Assembly (NCBI GenBank): GCA_046483795.1
Contig: JAWOCM010000059.1
Span: 1,964-65,963, forward strand
DNA length: 64,000 nucleotides
Reading direction: 5' to 3'
Origin: Desulfuromonadales bacterium
GTDB taxonomy: Bacteria; Desulfobacterota; Desulfuromonadia; Desulfuromonadales; JAWOCM01
Position numbers and translations under genes: made by a program. Position 1 is the stretch's first letter. Each line of letters opens with the position of its first letter. Under the pieces are notes generated by a model. The model saw only the letters and a list, made by a program, of their open reading frames with translations. It was not told where the DNA came from and made no database searches. Shown here one piece after another: positions 39,919 to 51,736 of the stretch.

Positions 39919-40665
39919 TTAAGTCCTGGTCAGAATTTCCGGGCCATGAGGTCCGATCGCTACAGTGTGCTCGAAATGAGCCGAAGGCAGGCCGTCTCGC
40001 GTAACCGCCGTCCATCCATCAGGCAAAACCATGACTGCTGCCTTGCCGGCGTTGATCATCGGTTCGATCGCCAGTACCATGCCTTCCTTGAGCTTGGGGC
40101 CTTGTCCGGCTTTGCCGAAGTTCGGGATTTGCGGTTCTTCATGCATCTCCCGACCGATTCCGTGGCCCACAAACTCGCGCACCACAGAGAATCCATTTTT
40201 TTCGACGTAGTCCTGAACCGCATGAGAGATGTCTCCAAGACGATTCCCCGGGACTGCCTGTTCAATAGCGAGTTCGAGTGATTTTTCAGTAACGGCCATC
40301 AGCTCGGTTTTCTGGCTGTCGACGGCGCCTACCGGAGCCGTGAAAGCCGAGTCGCCATAAAATCCATCATAAACGAGTCCAAAATCGATACTCAGGATGT
40401 CCCCCTCTTTGAGAGGGTCCTCGTTTGCGAACCCGTGTACCACCTTCTCGTTCGGAGAAGAGCAAATGGTAAAAGGAAAGCCCCCATAGCCCTTGAACGC
40501 AGGGCGAGCCTTCCTTTTTTCAGCTTCCTGCTCCGCAAGTCGATCAAGCTCTTTCGTGGTCACTCCCGGTTTGATCCGCTCCCTCAGGAGCTGCAGAATC
40601 TCCGCAACCATGCGTCCGGGAGTCGCCATACGTTCGATCTCTTGGCGGGACTTCAGAACAATCAC
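39919..40665 (-). CDS. map: Type I methionine aminopeptidase
   Basis: 248 aa with metal ligands in DIL.IDFG..GYYGD and HGIG, plus FTIEP-like LAIEP and EHTV. Confidence 0.93.
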   Translation of the reverse strand: MIVLKSRQEIERMATPGRMVAEILQLLRERIKPGVTTKELDRLAEQEAEKRKARPAFKGYGGFPFTICSSPNEKVVHGFANEDPLKEGDILSIDFGLVYDGFYGDSAFTAPVGAVDSQKTELMAVTEKSLELAIEQAVPGNRLGDISHAVQDYVEKNGFSVVREFVGHGIGREMHEEPQIPNFGKAGQGPKLKEGMVLAIEPMINAGKAAVMVLPDGWTAVTRDGLPSAHFEHTVAIGPHGPEILTRT

Positions 40666-41312
40666 GAAAGGCCCTTGACTATCCTGACAATTTCCGACTG
40701 CACAGAGTCGATCGGCGCCATTCCATCGACACGAAACAGGATGCCTTTTTGTGAGTAATACTCGACCAGCGGTGCCGTCTGGCGCTGATAGACCTCAAGA
40801 CGTTCGCGTATAGTGGCCTCCTGGTCGTCCTCGCGCTGAACAAGCTCTCCGCCGCATTTGTCACAGATCAAGTCGGTTTTCGGCGGATCGAACGTCACAT
40901 GGTAGCCAGCACCGCAATTTTTACATGTCCGACGCCCGGTCAGGCGACCCACCAGCGCTTCAATGTCAACATCGAGAGAGATAACAGCATCGATCCTCCG
41001 GCCTGAGTCCCTCAGGGATTCCTCCAGAGCATCGGCCTGAGCTACCGTACGGGGAAAGCCGTCGAGAATGAAACCATCGGAACAATCATCCTGCTGCAAA
41101 CGTTCCTTGACAATCCCGACAACAACCGCATCAGGAACCAGGTTCCCGGCGTCCATATATTCTTTGGCTTTGAGACCCATCGGGGTTCCCTGGCGAACGG
41201 CGTCGCGCAGCATATCCCCGGTCGAGATCTGGGGAATCCCGTAACGATCCACGAGCATCTTTGCCTGGGTTCCCTTACCAGCCCCTGGAGGTCCGAGTAA
41301 AATCAAATTCAT
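40662..41312 (-). CDS. adk: Adenylate kinase (zinc-lid type)
   Basis: Starts [16 protein letters not shown], with lid cysteines [15 protein letters not shown]. The track ORF starts 9 nt earlier at GTG 41321; ATG 41312 gives the canonical N-terminus. Confidence 0.93.
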   Translation of the reverse strand: MNLILLGPPGAGKGTQAKMLVDRYGIPQISTGDMLRDAVRQGTPMGLKAKEYMDAGNLVPDAVVVGIVKERLQQDDCSDGFILDGFPRTVAQADALEESLRDSGRRIDAVISLDVDIEALVGRLTGRRTCKNCGAGYHVTFDPPKTDLICDKCGGELVQREDDQEATIRERLEVYQRQTAPLVEYYSQKGILFRVDGMAPIDSVQSEIVRIVKGLS

Positions 41313-41331
41313 CGTAAGCACCTGTGTGATT

Positions 41332-42642
41332 TCAACCGTGTCGTCCCTTAAGGGTCACGCCCTTCATAAATCCCTCATAGGATCGCGATATGAGGTGAGC
41401 CTCGATCTGATTTGCTGTATCCAGACCGACCCCGACAACAATCAGCAGCGAGGTACCGCCAAAAAAGAACGGAACGTTGAACTGGCCGACCAAAATGGAG
41501 GGCAGGACACAGACTGCCGAGACGTACATTGCACCGGCGAAAGTCAGTCGAGTCAGAGCCGTATCGAGATATTCCGAAGTCGGTGATCCGGGACGGACTC
41601 CCGGAATATATCCGCCCTGTTTCTTCACGTTATCTGCCACATCGACAGGGTTGAACGTAATAGCCGTGTAGAAGTAGCAGAAGAAGATGATGAATGCAAC
41701 ATAAAAAACATTATACAGCCAGTGCGATGGGACCATCATCGAAGCGACGGTCTGAACCCACGGGACATCGACAAAGTTGGCGACAGTCGCCGGGAACATG
41801 ATGATTGAACTGGCGAAGATGGGCGGAATGACACCACTCATGTTGACCTTTAGCGGGAGATGACTGCTTTGCCCGCCGTAGCTTCGCATGCCGACGGTTC
41901 TCTTGGCATAGTGAATAGGAACGCGACGCTGGCCTCGCTCCATGAAGATGATCGCAGCGACTGCGGCAATCATAACCAGCCCGATGACTATAAGCGTAAA
42001 GAGGCTGATTTCACCTGTCTGGAAAATACGGGCTGTATTCACCAGTGCAGAAGGCAGAGTTGCGACAATACCGGCAAAGATAATCAGTGAGATGCCGTTG
42101 CCGATACCGCGTTCTGTGATTTGTTCGCCGAGCCACATAATGAAAGCTGTACCGGCTGTCAAAGTAATGACCGTGAGAACAATAAAACCGGGGCCTGGAT
42201 TAAGAACGACCGGCGTTCCGCCGGGCCCAGTCATCGTCTGCAGTCCGACTGCAATTCCCGCGCCCTGGATAACCGACAGGACAATAGTCCCGTAGCGGGT
42301 CCACTGTGTAATCTTCTTGCGCCCCTGCTCACCCTCCTTGGACATGCGCTCCACCGGCTCGAAAACCACGGTCAGGAGCTGAAGGATAATAGAGGCACTG
42401 ATATATGGCATAATCCCGAGTGCAAAGACCGTCATCCGCTCCAGAGCGCCTCCGGTAAATGCACTGACAAGCCCTAGAAGCGTGCCCTCAGTACCAGTGA
42501 ACCATGATGCCAGAACGCTGGCGTCAACCCCCGGTACCGGCACATGGCAACCCACACGATAGACAGTCAGCATGCCGAGGGTAAAGAGAATGCGTCGACG
42601 CAGTTCGGGGATGCTAAAGATATTCTGGACCACGCTCAACAA
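41332..42642 (-). CDS. secY: Preprotein translocase subunit SecY
   Basis: 436 aa with 10 predicted TM helices, containing [33 protein letters not shown]. Confidence 0.95.
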   Translation of the reverse strand: MLSVVQNIFSIPELRRRILFTLGMLTVYRVGCHVPVPGVDASVLASWFTGTEGTLLGLVSAFTGGALERMTVFALGIMPYISASIILQLLTVVFEPVERMSKEGEQGRKKITQWTRYGTIVLSVIQGAGIAVGLQTMTGPGGTPVVLNPGPGFIVLTVITLTAGTAFIMWLGEQITERGIGNGISLIIFAGIVATLPSALVNTARIFQTGEISLFTLIVIGLVMIAAVAAIIFMERGQRRVPIHYAKRTVGMRSYGGQSSHLPLKVNMSGVIPPIFASSIIMFPATVANFVDVPWVQTVASMMVPSHWLYNVFYVAFIIFFCYFYTAITFNPVDVADNVKKQGGYIPGVRPGSPTSEYLDTALTRLTFAGAMYVSAVCVLPSILVGQFNVPFFFGGTSLLIVVGVGLDTANQIEAHLISRSYEGFMKGVTLKGRHG

Positions 42643-42643
42643 T

Positions 42644-43084
42644 TTAAAGGACCTCGATCTTTCCGCCGGCGGCTTCGATCTTCTGAACAGCCGACTTGCT
42701 GAACTTATGGGCCTTGACAGTCAACGACTTCGTCAACTCTCCGTCGCCGAGAATCTTGGCGCCATCCTTCAAACGACTGACGAGACCGGCCTTGCCCAGA
42801 GCTTCGAGGTCGATAACGCTGTTTTCCTCGAACAATTCGAGATCACTCACCTTGACAAGTGCATACTCTTTTTTGCTCAGTGAGGTAAACCCCCGCTTGG
42901 GAAGTCGCCTTTGGAGCGGCATCTGGCCGCCTTCAAAACCGGGCTTGACGCCTCCGCCACTGCGGGAATTCTGGCCTTTGTGTCCCTTGCCAGAAGTTTT
43001 ACCGAGCCCGGAACCGGGACCCCGTCCAAGGCGTTTACGATTCTTTGTCGAGCCGATTGCCGGCTTGAGATTACTCAGATCCAT
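42644..43084 (-). CDS. rplO: 50S ribosomal protein L15
   Basis: Starts [38 protein letters not shown]. The start is ATG 43084; the track ORF is extended upstream to 43117, into rpmD. Confidence 0.94.
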   Translation of the reverse strand: MDLSNLKPAIGSTKNRKRLGRGPGSGLGKTSGKGHKGQNSRSGGGVKPGFEGGQMPLQRRLPKRGFTSLSKKEYALVKVSDLELFEENSVIDLEALGKAGLVSRLKDGAKILGDGELTKSLTVKAHKFSKSAVQKIEAAGGKIEVL

Positions 43085-43088
43085 ATCT

Positions 43089-43268
43089 CTATTCCTCAAC
43101 GTCCACCATGTGGGCAACTTTGCGAACCATCCCGCGAACCTCGGGAGTGTCCTTCAATTCAACAGTCTTGTTCAATTTGGTCAGCCCCAGGCCTTTCAGG
43201 ACCTTGGTGAAATACTGATTGCGTCCGATCCCACTTTTTTTGAGTGTGACCTTGATTGTTTCGGCCAT
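43089..43268 (-). CDS. rpmD: 50S ribosomal protein L30
   Basis: Below the track cutoff; hand translation gives [59 protein letters not shown] (59 aa). It lies between rpsE and rplO, as expected. Confidence 0.92.
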   Translation of the reverse strand: MAETIKVTLKKSGIGRNQYFTKVLKGLGLTKLNKTVELKDTPEVRGMVRKVAHMVDVEE

Positions 43269-43294
43269 GATTTTCCCTCGCCCCCCTGTGACTC

Positions 43295-43795
43295 TTATTC
43301 TCCGCTTTCGCCAATACCGCGCCGAGCTCGAATCTCCTGGGGAGATTTCAGCTTCGACAGTGCATTCATGGTCGCCTTAACGACATTATGGGGGTTATTG
43401 GAACCCAGACACTTGGCAAGGATATTCCCGACACCGGCCGACTCGAGTATTGCCCGCACGGGGCCGCCGGCGATGACACCGGTACCCTCGGAGGCAGGCT
43501 TGAGTAAAACCCGGCCTGCGTCAAATTTGCCAAGGACATCGTAAGGGATTGTCCGCTCCTGAAGCGGTACATGAACGAGGCTTTTCTTAGCCTGTTCGAC
43601 TCCCTTGCGGATGGCTTCAGGCACTTCCTTGGCTTTGCCCAGGCCGCAGCCGACATAACCCTCGCCGTCGCCTACGACGACAAGTGCGGAAAAGCTGAAC
43701 CGACGGCCACCTTTGACGACTTTGGAATTGCGGTTGATATGAATAACCCGGTCGGTCAGGTTCAGTTCGTTAGCATCGATGCGCTGCAAGGACAT
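43295..43795 (-). CDS. rpsE: 30S ribosomal protein S5
   Basis: Contains [37 protein letters not shown]. Confidence 0.95.
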   Translation of the reverse strand: MSLQRIDANELNLTDRVIHINRNSKVVKGGRRFSFSALVVVGDGEGYVGCGLGKAKEVPEAIRKGVEQAKKSLVHVPLQERTIPYDVLGKFDAGRVLLKPASEGTGVIAGGPVRAILESAGVGNILAKCLGSNNPHNVVKATMNALSKLKSPQEIRARRGIGESGE

Positions 43796-43807
43796 CCTCC
43801 TTCACCT

Positions 43808-44176
43808 CTAAAAGGTCAGGCCGGCTTCCCGGGCTGCATCAGCCAGGGCCTTGATGCGCCCATGATACAGGAAACCGTTGCGGTCAAAGACCACCTGTTT
43901 GACGTTTTTTTCCAGGGCCTTCTTCGCGATGGCCTGGCCAACGGCCTGAGCCGCCTCAACATTACCACCGTGGGACACTCCCTCGCCAACCTCTTTGGAG
44001 AGGGTGGAAGCCGAAGCCAGAGTCTTTCCGGTCGTATCTTCTATGATCTGTGCATATATGTGCCTGGCGCTGCGGAAAACACAGAGCCGGGGCTGTTCTT
44101 CAACCCCCTTGACCTTCCGGCGGACCCGGGCCTGCCTTCTCAGTCGCGCCACATTCCGTTCATTGCTGACGCCCAC
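43808..44176 (-). CDS. rplR: 50S ribosomal protein L18
   Basis: Contains [44 protein letters not shown]. Confidence 0.95.
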   Translation of the reverse strand: MGVSNERNVARLRRQARVRRKVKGVEEQPRLCVFRSARHIYAQIIEDTTGKTLASASTLSKEVGEGVSHGGNVEAAQAVGQAIAKKALEKNVKQVVFDRNGFLYHGRIKALADAAREAGLTF

Positions 44177-44208
44177 TATATCTCTCCTTGACCTGATGAA
44201 TATCTCGT

Positions 44209-44745
44209 TTATTTACCGGACTTTCCGGCCTTGCGCTGAACCGTTTCCTCAGCGTACTTGATGCCCTTGCCTTTGTACGGCTCCGGCTCCCGGAAAGAAC
44301 GAATTTTGGCCGCTGTGGCCCCGAGAATTTCCTTGTCGATCGAACGAAGCGTTACCCTGGTCTGCTTTTCAACCTCGGCGGTCACGCCTTTGGGCAACGG
44401 GTACTCGATCGGATGGGAATAACCGAGCGAAAGGTTCATGACGTCTCCCTTCACATCTGCCCGATATCCGACACCATTGATTTCAAGTACTCGCTCAAAT
44501 CCACTGGTGACGCCCTGGACCATATTGGCCACAAGACTCCGCACCAGTCCCTGAAGCGCTCGGTTCTCTTTCTTTTCGCTAAGCCGGTTGACGACGACCT
44601 GGTCGGATTCGACCATGACCTCGACACCGGGAGTAAGTTCACGCTCCAGAGTCCCCTTGGGCCCTTCGACTCGCAGAGTGGTCTCCGATTTCGAAACTTT
44701 GACCCCCGCGGGGATTGCAATGGGCAGTTTCCCGATTCTTGACAT
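44209..44745 (-). CDS. rplF: 50S ribosomal protein L6
   Basis: Starts [17 protein letters not shown], with EINGVGYRA and PEPYKGKGI downstream. Confidence 0.95.
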   Translation of the reverse strand: MSRIGKLPIAIPAGVKVSKSETTLRVEGPKGTLERELTPGVEVMVESDQVVVNRLSEKKENRALQGLVRSLVANMVQGVTSGFERVLEINGVGYRADVKGDVMNLSLGYSHPIEYPLPKGVTAEVEKQTRVTLRSIDKEILGATAAKIRSFREPEPYKGKGIKYAEETVQRKAGKSGK

Positions 44746-44760
44746 GTCGGCTACTCCTTA

Positions 44761-45159
44761 CTACCAGACAGTGAAAAGAACTTCGCCGCCAATCTGGGAC
44801 TCACGGGCAATGCTGTCATTAAGCACTCCTCGGGAAGTCGAAAGAACGGCACAACCAACGCCGTTCTTGACCAGAGGGATTTCGTCCTTGCCGACAAAAA
44901 CTCGCCGACCGGGCCGTGAAACCCTAGTGATCTCGTGGATCACCGGCTGATTCAGTTCATCAAATTTAAGATAGACACGCAGGACGCCTTGCTTCTCGTC
45001 CTTGATGGTCTTGAAGTTCTTGATATACCCCTGCTCCTTGAGGGCGGTTGCTACCGCGACCTTCTGGTTGGAGGAAGGAATATCGACCTTCTGGTGTCTG
45101 GCTACTCCGCCGTTGCGGATACGGGTGATCATGTCCGCCAAAGGATCGGTCATAGACAT
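44761..45159 (-). CDS. rpsH: 30S ribosomal protein S8
   Basis: Starts [17 protein letters not shown] and ends GGEVLFTVW. Confidence 0.95.
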   Translation of the reverse strand: MSMTDPLADMITRIRNGGVARHQKVDIPSSNQKVAVATALKEQGYIKNFKTIKDEKQGVLRVYLKFDELNQPVIHEITRVSRPGRRVFVGKDEIPLVKNGVGCAVLSTSRGVLNDSIARESQIGGEVLFTVW

Positions 45160-45181
45160 GCTGTCATCTCCTCTTCATTCT

Positions 45182-45367
45182 TTACCAACTCGACTTAACG
45201 ACACCGGGGATCTTGCCGTCGGAAGCTAAATTCCGAAAGCAAATCCGGCACATGTCGAATTTCCGATAATAGGCGCGCGGTCGCCCGCACAGGGGGCAGC
45301 GATTATACTCGCGGACCTTGAACTTTTGTGTCCGCGCAGCCTTTGCCATCATTGATTTCTTAGCCAC
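45182..45367 (-). CDS. rpsN: 30S ribosomal protein S14, type Z (zinc-binding, 61 aa)
   Basis: [48 protein letters not shown], with a CxxC..CxxC pattern. Confidence 0.94.
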   Translation of the reverse strand: MAKKSMMAKAARTQKFKVREYNRCPLCGRPRAYYRKFDMCRICFRNLASDGKIPGVVKSSW

Positions 45368-45392
45368 AGTCTATCCTCCGCTACCTTGTGCT

Positions 45393-45932
45393 CTATTTCC
45401 GGAAAGGCATGCCGAAACCCGTCAAAAGGGCTCGTCCATGCTCATCGGACTCGGCGGTCGTGACAATGGTCACATTCAGACCACTGACCTTGGCCACTTT
45501 GTCGAGATCGATTTCAGGAAAAATAATCTGCTCACGAATTCCCAGAGTGTAGTTGCCGCGGCCGTCGAAAGCTTTCGGGGAAACACCTTTGAAGTCCCGG
45601 ACGCGAGGCAGCGCAACGTTGATCAGTCGATCAAGAAACTCATAGGCCCTCTCCCGGCGCAGGGTCACACGAGCTCCGATAGGCATTCCCTCGCGCAACT
45701 TGAACCCGGCAATAGAATTCTTCGCGCGAGTCACCACGGCTTTCTGTCCGGTAATGCGTCCGAGCTCCTCAACAGCCGATTCCAGCAGCTTGGGATTTTG
45801 AACAGCTTCTCCCAGCCCCATATTGAGTGTAACCTTTTCAATGTGGGGAACCTCTGTCACATTTTTTAAACCCAGGTCTTTCCTGAGCTTCGGAGCCAGC
45901 TCAGCCTGGTAAAACTCTTTCAGTCGGGCCAT
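45393..45932 (-). CDS. rplE: 50S ribosomal protein L5
   Basis: Starts [43 protein letters not shown]. The start is ATG 45932; the track ORF is extended upstream to 46049, into rplX. Confidence 0.94.
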   Translation of the reverse strand: MARLKEFYQAELAPKLRKDLGLKNVTEVPHIEKVTLNMGLGEAVQNPKLLESAVEELGRITGQKAVVTRAKNSIAGFKLREGMPIGARVTLRRERAYEFLDRLINVALPRVRDFKGVSPKAFDGRGNYTLGIREQIIFPEIDLDKVAKVSGLNVTIVTTAESDEHGRALLTGFGMPFRK

Positions 45933-45945
45933 GAAATATTCTCCG

Positions 45946-46278
45946 TTACTTCTTATCGACGAGTTCGTTGCACTTTTTACAAAAACGCGCCTTAGTCCCG
46001 TCATCGAGCACCCGTATGCCTGTGCGAGCAGGCTTACTGCAGGCTGCACAGATGACCATCAGATTCGAGATGGCTATCGGGGCCTCTTTCTCGACGATTC
46101 CGCCCTCAGGATTTGCCTGAGTCGGGCGGGTGTGGCGCTTGACAACATTAAGGTTTTCAACGGTGGCTCGCCCTTTGTCTGCAAAGACATTCAGGAGCTT
46201 GCCTGTCTTCCCCTTCTCCTTGCCAGCTATCACCATAACCATGTCGTCTTTTTTGACATGTATTTTAGTTGCCGCCAT
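45946..46278 (-). CDS. rplX: 50S ribosomal protein L24
   Basis: Contains the KOW motif [22 protein letters not shown]. Confidence 0.94.
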   Translation of the reverse strand: MAATKIHVKKDDMVMVIAGKEKGKTGKLLNVFADKGRATVENLNVVKRHTRPTQANPEGGIVEKEAPIAISNLMVICAACSKPARTGIRVLDDGTKARFCKKCNELVDKK

Positions 46279-46314
46279 GGTTTTCTACTCCCAAATTGAT
46301 CCCTGGACCGGCAG

Positions 46315-46683
46315 TTAAAGAACTTCGGGCGCCAGGGAAACGATTTTCATGAATTTCCTGGCTCGCAGCTCACGAGCTACCGGACCGAAAATACGCGTTC
46401 CGACAGGTTCTCCCGCAGGGTTCACGAGAACCGCAGAGTTATTGTCGAAGCGGATATAAGAGCCGTCAGGGCGACGAATCTCTTTTTTCGTCCGGACGAT
46501 AACCACACGCACCACATCGCCCTTTCGAACCTTGGCGTTGGGCAGTGCTTCCTTGACCGAACAGACGACAATATCGCCGATCGATGCGTATTTTCTCTTT
46601 GAACCACCGAGGACCTTGACACAGCAGACCTTCCGGGCTCCGGAGTTGTCCGCCGCATCAAGCGTTGTCTGCATCTGAATCAT
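46315..46683 (-). CDS. rplN: 50S ribosomal protein L14
   Basis: Starts [33 protein letters not shown]. The start is ATG 46683 with a GGAG SD; the track ORF is extended upstream. Confidence 0.95.
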   Translation of the reverse strand: MIQMQTTLDAADNSGARKVCCVKVLGGSKRKYASIGDIVVCSVKEALPNAKVRKGDVVRVVIVRTKKEIRRPDGSYIRFDNNSAVLVNPAGEPVGTRIFGPVARELRARKFMKIVSLAPEVL

Positions 46684-46694
46684 GCCTGTATCTC

Positions 46695-46961
46695 CTAAGC
46701 AGGTACGCTTTTCTCCAGAACCTGACGAACCCTCCACCTCTTGTCACGAGACAAGGGTCTGGATTCAGCGATCAGGACCTTATCCCCGATGGCGCACTCA
46801 TTGCGCTCATCGTGGGCCTTGAAGGTAACTTTGCGCTTGATGTATTTTTTATAAACGGGGTGTTTGACAAGATGGTCAACCTGAACAACAACAGTTTTCT
46901 GCATCTTGTCTTTAACGACAACCCCAACCTGGGTCTTCTTGTTTCCGCGCTCCATCTTCAT
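46695..46961 (-). CDS. rpsQ: 30S ribosomal protein S17
   Basis: Contains [44 protein letters not shown]. Confidence 0.94.
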   Translation of the reverse strand: MKMERGNKKTQVGVVVKDKMQKTVVVQVDHLVKHPVYKKYIKRKVTFKAHDERNECAIGDKVLIAESRPLSRDKRWRVRQVLEKSVPA

Positions 46962-46982
46962 ATCTGTCCTCTTCAGCCTCGA

Positions 46983-47171
46983 TTATCCGAGCTTTTCCCG
47001 GAGCACTGTATTGACCCGGGCAATATCTTTGCGTACTTCGCTGATGCGTGAAGTATTCTCAAGGTGGCCCGTGTGCAACTGGAATCGCAGGTTGAACAAC
47101 TCCTGGCTCAGCTCCTGGGTCTTTTTATTCAGCTCCTCGACATTGAGGTCCTTCAACTCGTTAGCCTTCAT
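46983..47171 (-). CDS. rpmC: 50S ribosomal protein L29
   Basis: Starts [34 protein letters not shown] 47171 overlaps the rplP stop (ATGA). The track ORF 46983..47312 is an upstream extension. Confidence 0.93.
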   Translation of the reverse strand: MKANELKDLNVEELNKKTQELSQELFNLRFQLHTGHLENTSRISEVRKDIARVNTVLREKLG

Positions 47172-47587
47172 ATCTCGGTCTCCTCGCGGTCCACAAACTT
47201 GGTCTTCATGGGAAGTTTGTGAGCGGCGAGCCGAAAGGCTTCGCGCGCTACATCCTCGGGAACACCCTGCATCTCGTAAAGCATAGTGCCGGGCCGCACA
47301 ACGGCTACCCATGTTTCAGGAGAGCCCTTCCCCTTACCCATCCGGGTTTCGGCAGGCTTTTTGGTCAGCGATTTGTGAGGGAAAACACGGATCCAAATCT
47401 TGCCGCCACGCTTGATATAACGGGTCATGGCCCGTCGTGCCGCCTCGATCTGCCGAGCCGACAACCAACCGCACTCAATGGACTGAAGGCCATAATCCCC
47501 GAAGCTGACTTCGGTGCCCCGGAAGGCGGCCCCCTTCATGCGCCCTTTTTGCGGTTTTCTATATTTAACCTTCCTGGGCATCAACAT
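47168..47587 (-). CDS. rplP: 50S ribosomal protein L16
   Basis: Starts [19 protein letters not shown], with [26 protein letters not shown] downstream. Confidence 0.95.
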   Translation of the reverse strand: MLMPRKVKYRKPQKGRMKGAAFRGTEVSFGDYGLQSIECGWLSARQIEAARRAMTRYIKRGGKIWIRVFPHKSLTKKPAETRMGKGKGSPETWVAVVRPGTMLYEMQGVPEDVAREAFRLAAHKLPMKTKFVDREETEI

Positions 47588-47620
47588 GACAAACTACTCC
47601 TATTTGAACTCTTATCTGAA

Positions 47621-48259
47621 TTAAGATTTCTCTTTGCCGAGAACTTCGCCTTTAAAAAGAAGGACCTTGACGCCAAGAATACCGTAGGTCGTCTTCGCCT
47701 GGGCAAAACCGTAGTCGATGTCAGCGCGCAGGGTGTGAAGAGGAACACGACCCTCCCTGTACCACTCGCGCCGGCTCATCTCGGCACCCCCGAGTCGACC
47801 ACTGCAGGAAATCTTGATGCCCTGAGCACCGAATTTCAGGGAGGTCGTGACAGCTTTTTTCATGGCGCGACGGAAAGCCACCCGGCGCTCAAGCTGGAGA
47901 GCGACGTTTTCTGCGACAAGCTGTGCATCGACTTCAGGCTTGCGGACTTCCTGAATATTGACGAACACATCCTTGTCGGTAAGCTTCGCCAGCTCTTTTT
48001 TCAGAGCTTCAACTTCGGCACCCTTTTTCCCGATGATTATGCCAGGACGAGCCGCAAAGATATTGATCTTGGCTTTATCTGCAGCCCTCTCGATCTCGAT
48101 CTTGGATACGCCAGCATGGTAAAGCCGTTTCTTCAAATAGTTTCGAAGCTTGACGTCTTCATGCAGCAGCTTTGCGTAATCTCTCTCGGCGTACCACCGG
48201 GAATTCCAGGTCCGGTTGAACCCCAGACGAAATCCTATTGGATGAACTTTCTGGCCCAA
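47621..48259 (-). CDS. rpsC: 30S ribosomal protein S3
   Basis: Starts [13 protein letters not shown], followed by the KH domain and [10 protein letters not shown]. Confidence 0.95.
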   Translation of the reverse strand: MGQKVHPIGFRLGFNRTWNSRWYAERDYAKLLHEDVKLRNYLKKRLYHAGVSKIEIERAADKAKINIFAARPGIIIGKKGAEVEALKKELAKLTDKDVFVNIQEVRKPEVDAQLVAENVALQLERRVAFRRAMKKAVTTSLKFGAQGIKISCSGRLGGAEMSRREWYREGRVPLHTLRADIDYGFAQAKTTYGILGVKVLLFKGEVLGKEKS

Positions 48260-48280
48260 ACCGATACCTCCTAAAGTTTC

Positions 48281-48616
48281 TTAATTCTTTTCGTCCAGCA
48301 CGACGGTAATGTGGCTGGTCGGTTTGCGGATCCGGCTGGCACGCCCCATGGCACGAGGTATAAACCGTTTCAAAACAGGACCCTGATCGACAAATATCTG
48401 CTTGATGTAGAGCCGGTCAACATCGGACACGCCTTTTTGCTCGGCGTTGGCAACGGCAGACGATACGAGACTTCCAACGACTCCCGCGGCCCGCTGCGGC
48501 GAAAAGCGCAGTGTGTTCAATGCATTCTGAACCGGCAGACCACGCACCATGTCCACAACCAGTCGAGCCTTACGCGGCGACATGCGCGCATATTTCAATT
48601 TGGCGCTGGTTTCCAT
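48281..48616 (-). CDS. rplV: 50S ribosomal protein L22
   Basis: Contains AKLKYARMSPRKARLVVDMVRG and RAMGRASRIRKPTSHITVVL. Confidence 0.95.
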   Translation of the reverse strand: METSAKLKYARMSPRKARLVVDMVRGLPVQNALNTLRFSPQRAAGVVGSLVSSAVANAEQKGVSDVDRLYIKQIFVDQGPVLKRFIPRAMGRASRIRKPTSHITVVLDEKN

Positions 48617-48646
48617 TTATTCAAACTCCTCTAGCAAGAAGGCGAA

Positions 48647-48925
48647 TTAACGCTTTTTACCTTTTTTGTCAACGCCATGACCGTAGTAGGTCCGCGTAGG
48701 GGCGAATTCGCCAAGTTTGTGACCGACCATATTTTCGGACACGAACACCGGGACGAACTTCTTGCCATTATGAACAGCAAAGGTAACGCCGACAAACTCC
48801 GGAAAAACCGTGGAGCGCCGGGACCAGGTCTTAATGACCGTCTTGCTTCCACTTTCCTGATGCTTTTCAACTTTGCGCATCAGGCTCTCTTCAACGTATG
48901 GGCCTTTTTTGATTGATCTTGCCAC
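48647..48925 (-). CDS. rpsS: 30S ribosomal protein S19
   Basis: Starts [11 protein letters not shown], with [13 protein letters not shown] downstream. Confidence 0.95.
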   Translation of the reverse strand: MARSIKKGPYVEESLMRKVEKHQESGSKTVIKTWSRRSTVFPEFVGVTFAVHNGKKFVPVFVSENMVGHKLGEFAPTRTYYGHGVDKKGKKR

Positions 48926-48950
48926 TTCCCACTCCTGTATAATAAGGAAG

Positions 48951-49775
48951 TTACTTCGTTCTCTTCCGAATGATAAAGCGATCAGTACGCTTGTTCGTAC
49001 GGGTTTTGAAACCCTTCGTCGGTACGCCCCAAGGTGTCACCGGGTGTCGACCACCAGCAGACTTGCCTTCGCCGCCACCATGGGGATGATCGACAGGATT
49101 CATCGCGACGCCTCGAACCTTCGGACGCTTGCCGAGCCAACGGCTGCGACCGGCCTTGCCGATCTTGATGTTTTCGTGATCAGTGTTTCCGACCTGCCCC
49201 ACAGTTGCATTGCAGTCCTGATGGACAAGCCGAACTTCACCGGAAGGCAGGCGAAGTTGGGCATACTTGCCCTCCTTGGCAGCGATCATGGCATACGCCC
49301 CGGCACTGCGGGCGAGTTGCCCCCCCTTGCCGGGCTTGAGTTCGACATTATGAACCCATGCTCCCAGGGGAACCGACTTGATGCTCATGGCGTTGCCTGG
49401 TTTGATATCGGCTGTTTCGCTTGTGATGATGGAGTCACCGTCCTGAAGGCCTTGCGGGCAAAGGATATAGCGCTTTTCACCATCGGCGTAAACGATCAGG
49501 GCAATGCGTGCAGAACGATTGGGGTCGTATTCGATCGACGCGACACGCCCGGGAATGTCTTTCTTGTTGCGCTTGAAATCGATTGACCTGTACTTGCGCT
49601 TGTGACCACCTCCGACATGACGCTTGGTGATCCGGCCCTTGTTGTTTCTACCGCCACTCTTGTTCAGCCCGGACAGCAAAGACTTTTCCGGTTCGCTCGC
49701 CGTGACTTCGTCAAATTTAGAAGAGGTCATGTGGCGACGACCGGGAGAATTCGGTTTATAGGTCTTGATCCCCAT
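48951..49775 (-). CDS. rplB: 50S ribosomal protein L2
   Basis: Starts [16 protein letters not shown], with GGGHKRKYR and [13 protein letters not shown] downstream. Confidence 0.96.
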   Translation of the reverse strand: MGIKTYKPNSPGRRHMTSSKFDEVTASEPEKSLLSGLNKSGGRNNKGRITKRHVGGGHKRKYRSIDFKRNKKDIPGRVASIEYDPNRSARIALIVYADGEKRYILCPQGLQDGDSIITSETADIKPGNAMSIKSVPLGAWVHNVELKPGKGGQLARSAGAYAMIAAKEGKYAQLRLPSGEVRLVHQDCNATVGQVGNTDHENIKIGKAGRSRWLGKRPKVRGVAMNPVDHPHGGGEGKSAGGRHPVTPWGVPTKGFKTRTNKRTDRFIIRKRTK

Positions 49776-49807
49776 TATTCGGTACTCCGTTTCACTTTAA
49801 TCCAAAC

Positions 49808-50095
49808 TTAAACCCCGAAGAAGTCGATGTTGCTGCCTTCTTCGAGAGTGACGTATGCCTTTTTCCACGTTGAACGCTTGCCGATACTGCGTCCTGTACG
49901 TTTCATCTTGCCGGCAACGATCATCGTATTGACGTCCTTGACCTTGACATCGAATGCTTTTTCAACGGCCTGGCGGACCTCGATCTTGGTAGAGTCACGA
50001 CCGACCTCGAAAGAGACAACGTGTTTCGCCTCTTTTTGGAGAGTCGACTTCTCGGTGATCAAAGGTTTTTTGAGTATTTGATGCAGAGGTCTCAT
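49808..50095 (-). CDS. rplW: 50S ribosomal protein L23
   Basis: Contains [17 protein letters not shown]...[16 protein letters not shown]. Confidence 0.94.
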   Translation of the reverse strand: MRPLHQILKKPLITEKSTLQKEAKHVVSFEVGRDSTKIEVRQAVEKAFDVKVKDVNTMIVAGKMKRTGRSIGKRSTWKKAYVTLEEGSNIDFFGV

Positions 50096-50715
50096 TGTTC
50101 CAACGCTCCTTCGATATGACTCACAGCGCCCTCGGTCATGATCAGGTTGCCGAAATTCATGATATCGTAGACGTTGACTCCTTCGGCCCTGAGGACCTTG
50201 ACCCCTTTGACGTTACGAGCGGAAAGCTCTACGTTGGGGTTGGTTCCATCAACGACAAGCAGGGCATTATCAACATCGAGCCGCTCAAGAATCTCGGAGA
50301 AGTTCCGGGTACTGACAGTTTCGAGCTCGATGGCGTCAAGAATAGTCAGTTTGTCTTCTTTGAAGCGCACAGACAGAGCGCTCTTCAATGCAGCCTTCTT
50401 GACTTTGCTATTCAACTTGAAAGCATAGCTTTTAGGGCCGGGGCCGAAAACGGTACCACCGCCGACAAAGTTAGGCGCCCTGACGGTACCCTGCCGGGCA
50501 TTGCCGGTTCCCTTCTGCCGGTAGGGTTTCTTTCCCCCGCCGCGAACCTGGCTCCGATTCTTGGTGTCCGCAGTTCCGCGGCGACGCTTGGCCAACTGAT
50601 AACGAACCATGTCGTGAATCAGGTACTCCTTGACGTCGACATTGAAGACGCCGTCGGAAATATCCAGCTCCGACACCTGTTTTTTTTCTATGTCATATAC
50701 AGCGATTTTCGCCAT
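50092..50715 (-). CDS. rplD: 50S ribosomal protein L4
   Basis: Starts [14 protein letters not shown], with [25 protein letters not shown] downstream. ATG 50715 has a GGAG SD; the track starts at GTG 50727. Confidence 0.94.
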   Translation of the reverse strand: MAKIAVYDIEKKQVSELDISDGVFNVDVKEYLIHDMVRYQLAKRRRGTADTKNRSQVRGGGKKPYRQKGTGNARQGTVRAPNFVGGGTVFGPGPKSYAFKLNSKVKKAALKSALSVRFKEDKLTILDAIELETVSTRNFSEILERLDVDNALLVVDGTNPNVELSARNVKGVKVLRAEGVNVYDIMNFGNLIMTEGAVSHIEGALEQ

Positions 50716-50748
50716 GGTTAACTCCACATCCGGTTCTTCAATGACGAC

Positions 50749-51378
50749 CTATTTCTTGATGGCTCGACGGATCAGAACGACATCGTTCTTTGCGCCGGGA
50801 ACGGCACCACGGACCAGAAGCAAGTTTTGTTCGGGGCGAACCTCCACGATCTGAAGGTTCTGCGTCGTAACACGCTCGTTCCCCATCTGGCCGGGCATTT
50901 TCTTTCCCTTGAAAACACGTGCGGGGTCAGCACTGGCGCCGATGGCTCCTGTTCCGCGATGGAACTGGGAACCGTGGGTCGAGCGCCCCCCGGAGAAGCC
51001 CCAGCGCTTGATAACGCCCTGAAACCCTTTGCCCTTGCTCGTACCCGCGACGTCGACGAAATCACCGTCATTGAAAATGTCACACATGATTTCATCGCCG
51101 ACATTGACGTTCTCGATATTCTCGGCCGCTACCTCACGAAGGCTATAAAACGAGCCTTTTCCAGCGGCCCTGAAATGTCCCATCATCGGCTTATTGGTCC
51201 GGTGGCTCTTTTTGGGGCCGAATCCAAGCTGCAGGGCATCGTAGCCATCTTTGGCCTCAGACTTTTTCTGAAGAACCACGCAGGGGCCAGCCTCAACAAC
51301 TGTCACCGGTATTCGGGTGCCGTCTGAGGCAAACACCTGGGTCATTCCCAGTTTTTTGCCCAAAATTCCGTCTATCAT
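50749..51378 (-). CDS. rplC: 50S ribosomal protein L3
   Basis: Starts [16 protein letters not shown], with [15 protein letters not shown] downstream. Confidence 0.95.
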   Translation of the reverse strand: MIDGILGKKLGMTQVFASDGTRIPVTVVEAGPCVVLQKKSEAKDGYDALQLGFGPKKSHRTNKPMMGHFRAAGKGSFYSLREVAAENIENVNVGDEIMCDIFNDGDFVDVAGTSKGKGFQGVIKRWGFSGGRSTHGSQFHRGTGAIGASADPARVFKGKKMPGQMGNERVTTQNLQIVEVRPEQNLLLVRGAVPGAKNDVVLIRRAIKK

Positions 51379-51413
51379 TGCATGTACCCTTATTCAGCTA
51401 TCTGGATGATTTT

Positions 51414-51722
51414 CTACAGTTTGATCTCGACATCCACCCCAGCGGACAGATCAAGCTTCATCAGAGCATCGACAGTCTGCTGGGTGGGATCCATAATGTC
51501 AAGTAGTCGTTTATGGGTGCGGATCTCAAACTGCTCGCGACTTTTCTTGTCGACGTGCGGTCCACGCAGCACACAGTACTTGTTGATCACCGTCGGCAAA
51601 GGGATGGGACCGGCAACCCGGGCCCCTGTTCGCTTAGCGGTATCGACAATTTCAGTCACCGACTGGTCAAGCAGCGTGTGATCATAAGCCTTCAAACGAA
51701 TGCGTATCTTCTGGCTGGGCAT
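51414..51722 (-). CDS. rpsJ: 30S ribosomal protein S10
   Basis: Starts [21 protein letters not shown], with GPIPLPT and RTHKRLLDI downstream. Confidence 0.96.
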   Translation of the reverse strand: MPSQKIRIRLKAYDHTLLDQSVTEIVDTAKRTGARVAGPIPLPTVINKYCVLRGPHVDKKSREQFEIRTHKRLLDIMDPTQQTVDALMKLDLSAGVDVEIKL

Positions 51723-51736
51723 GAATTTATCCTTAA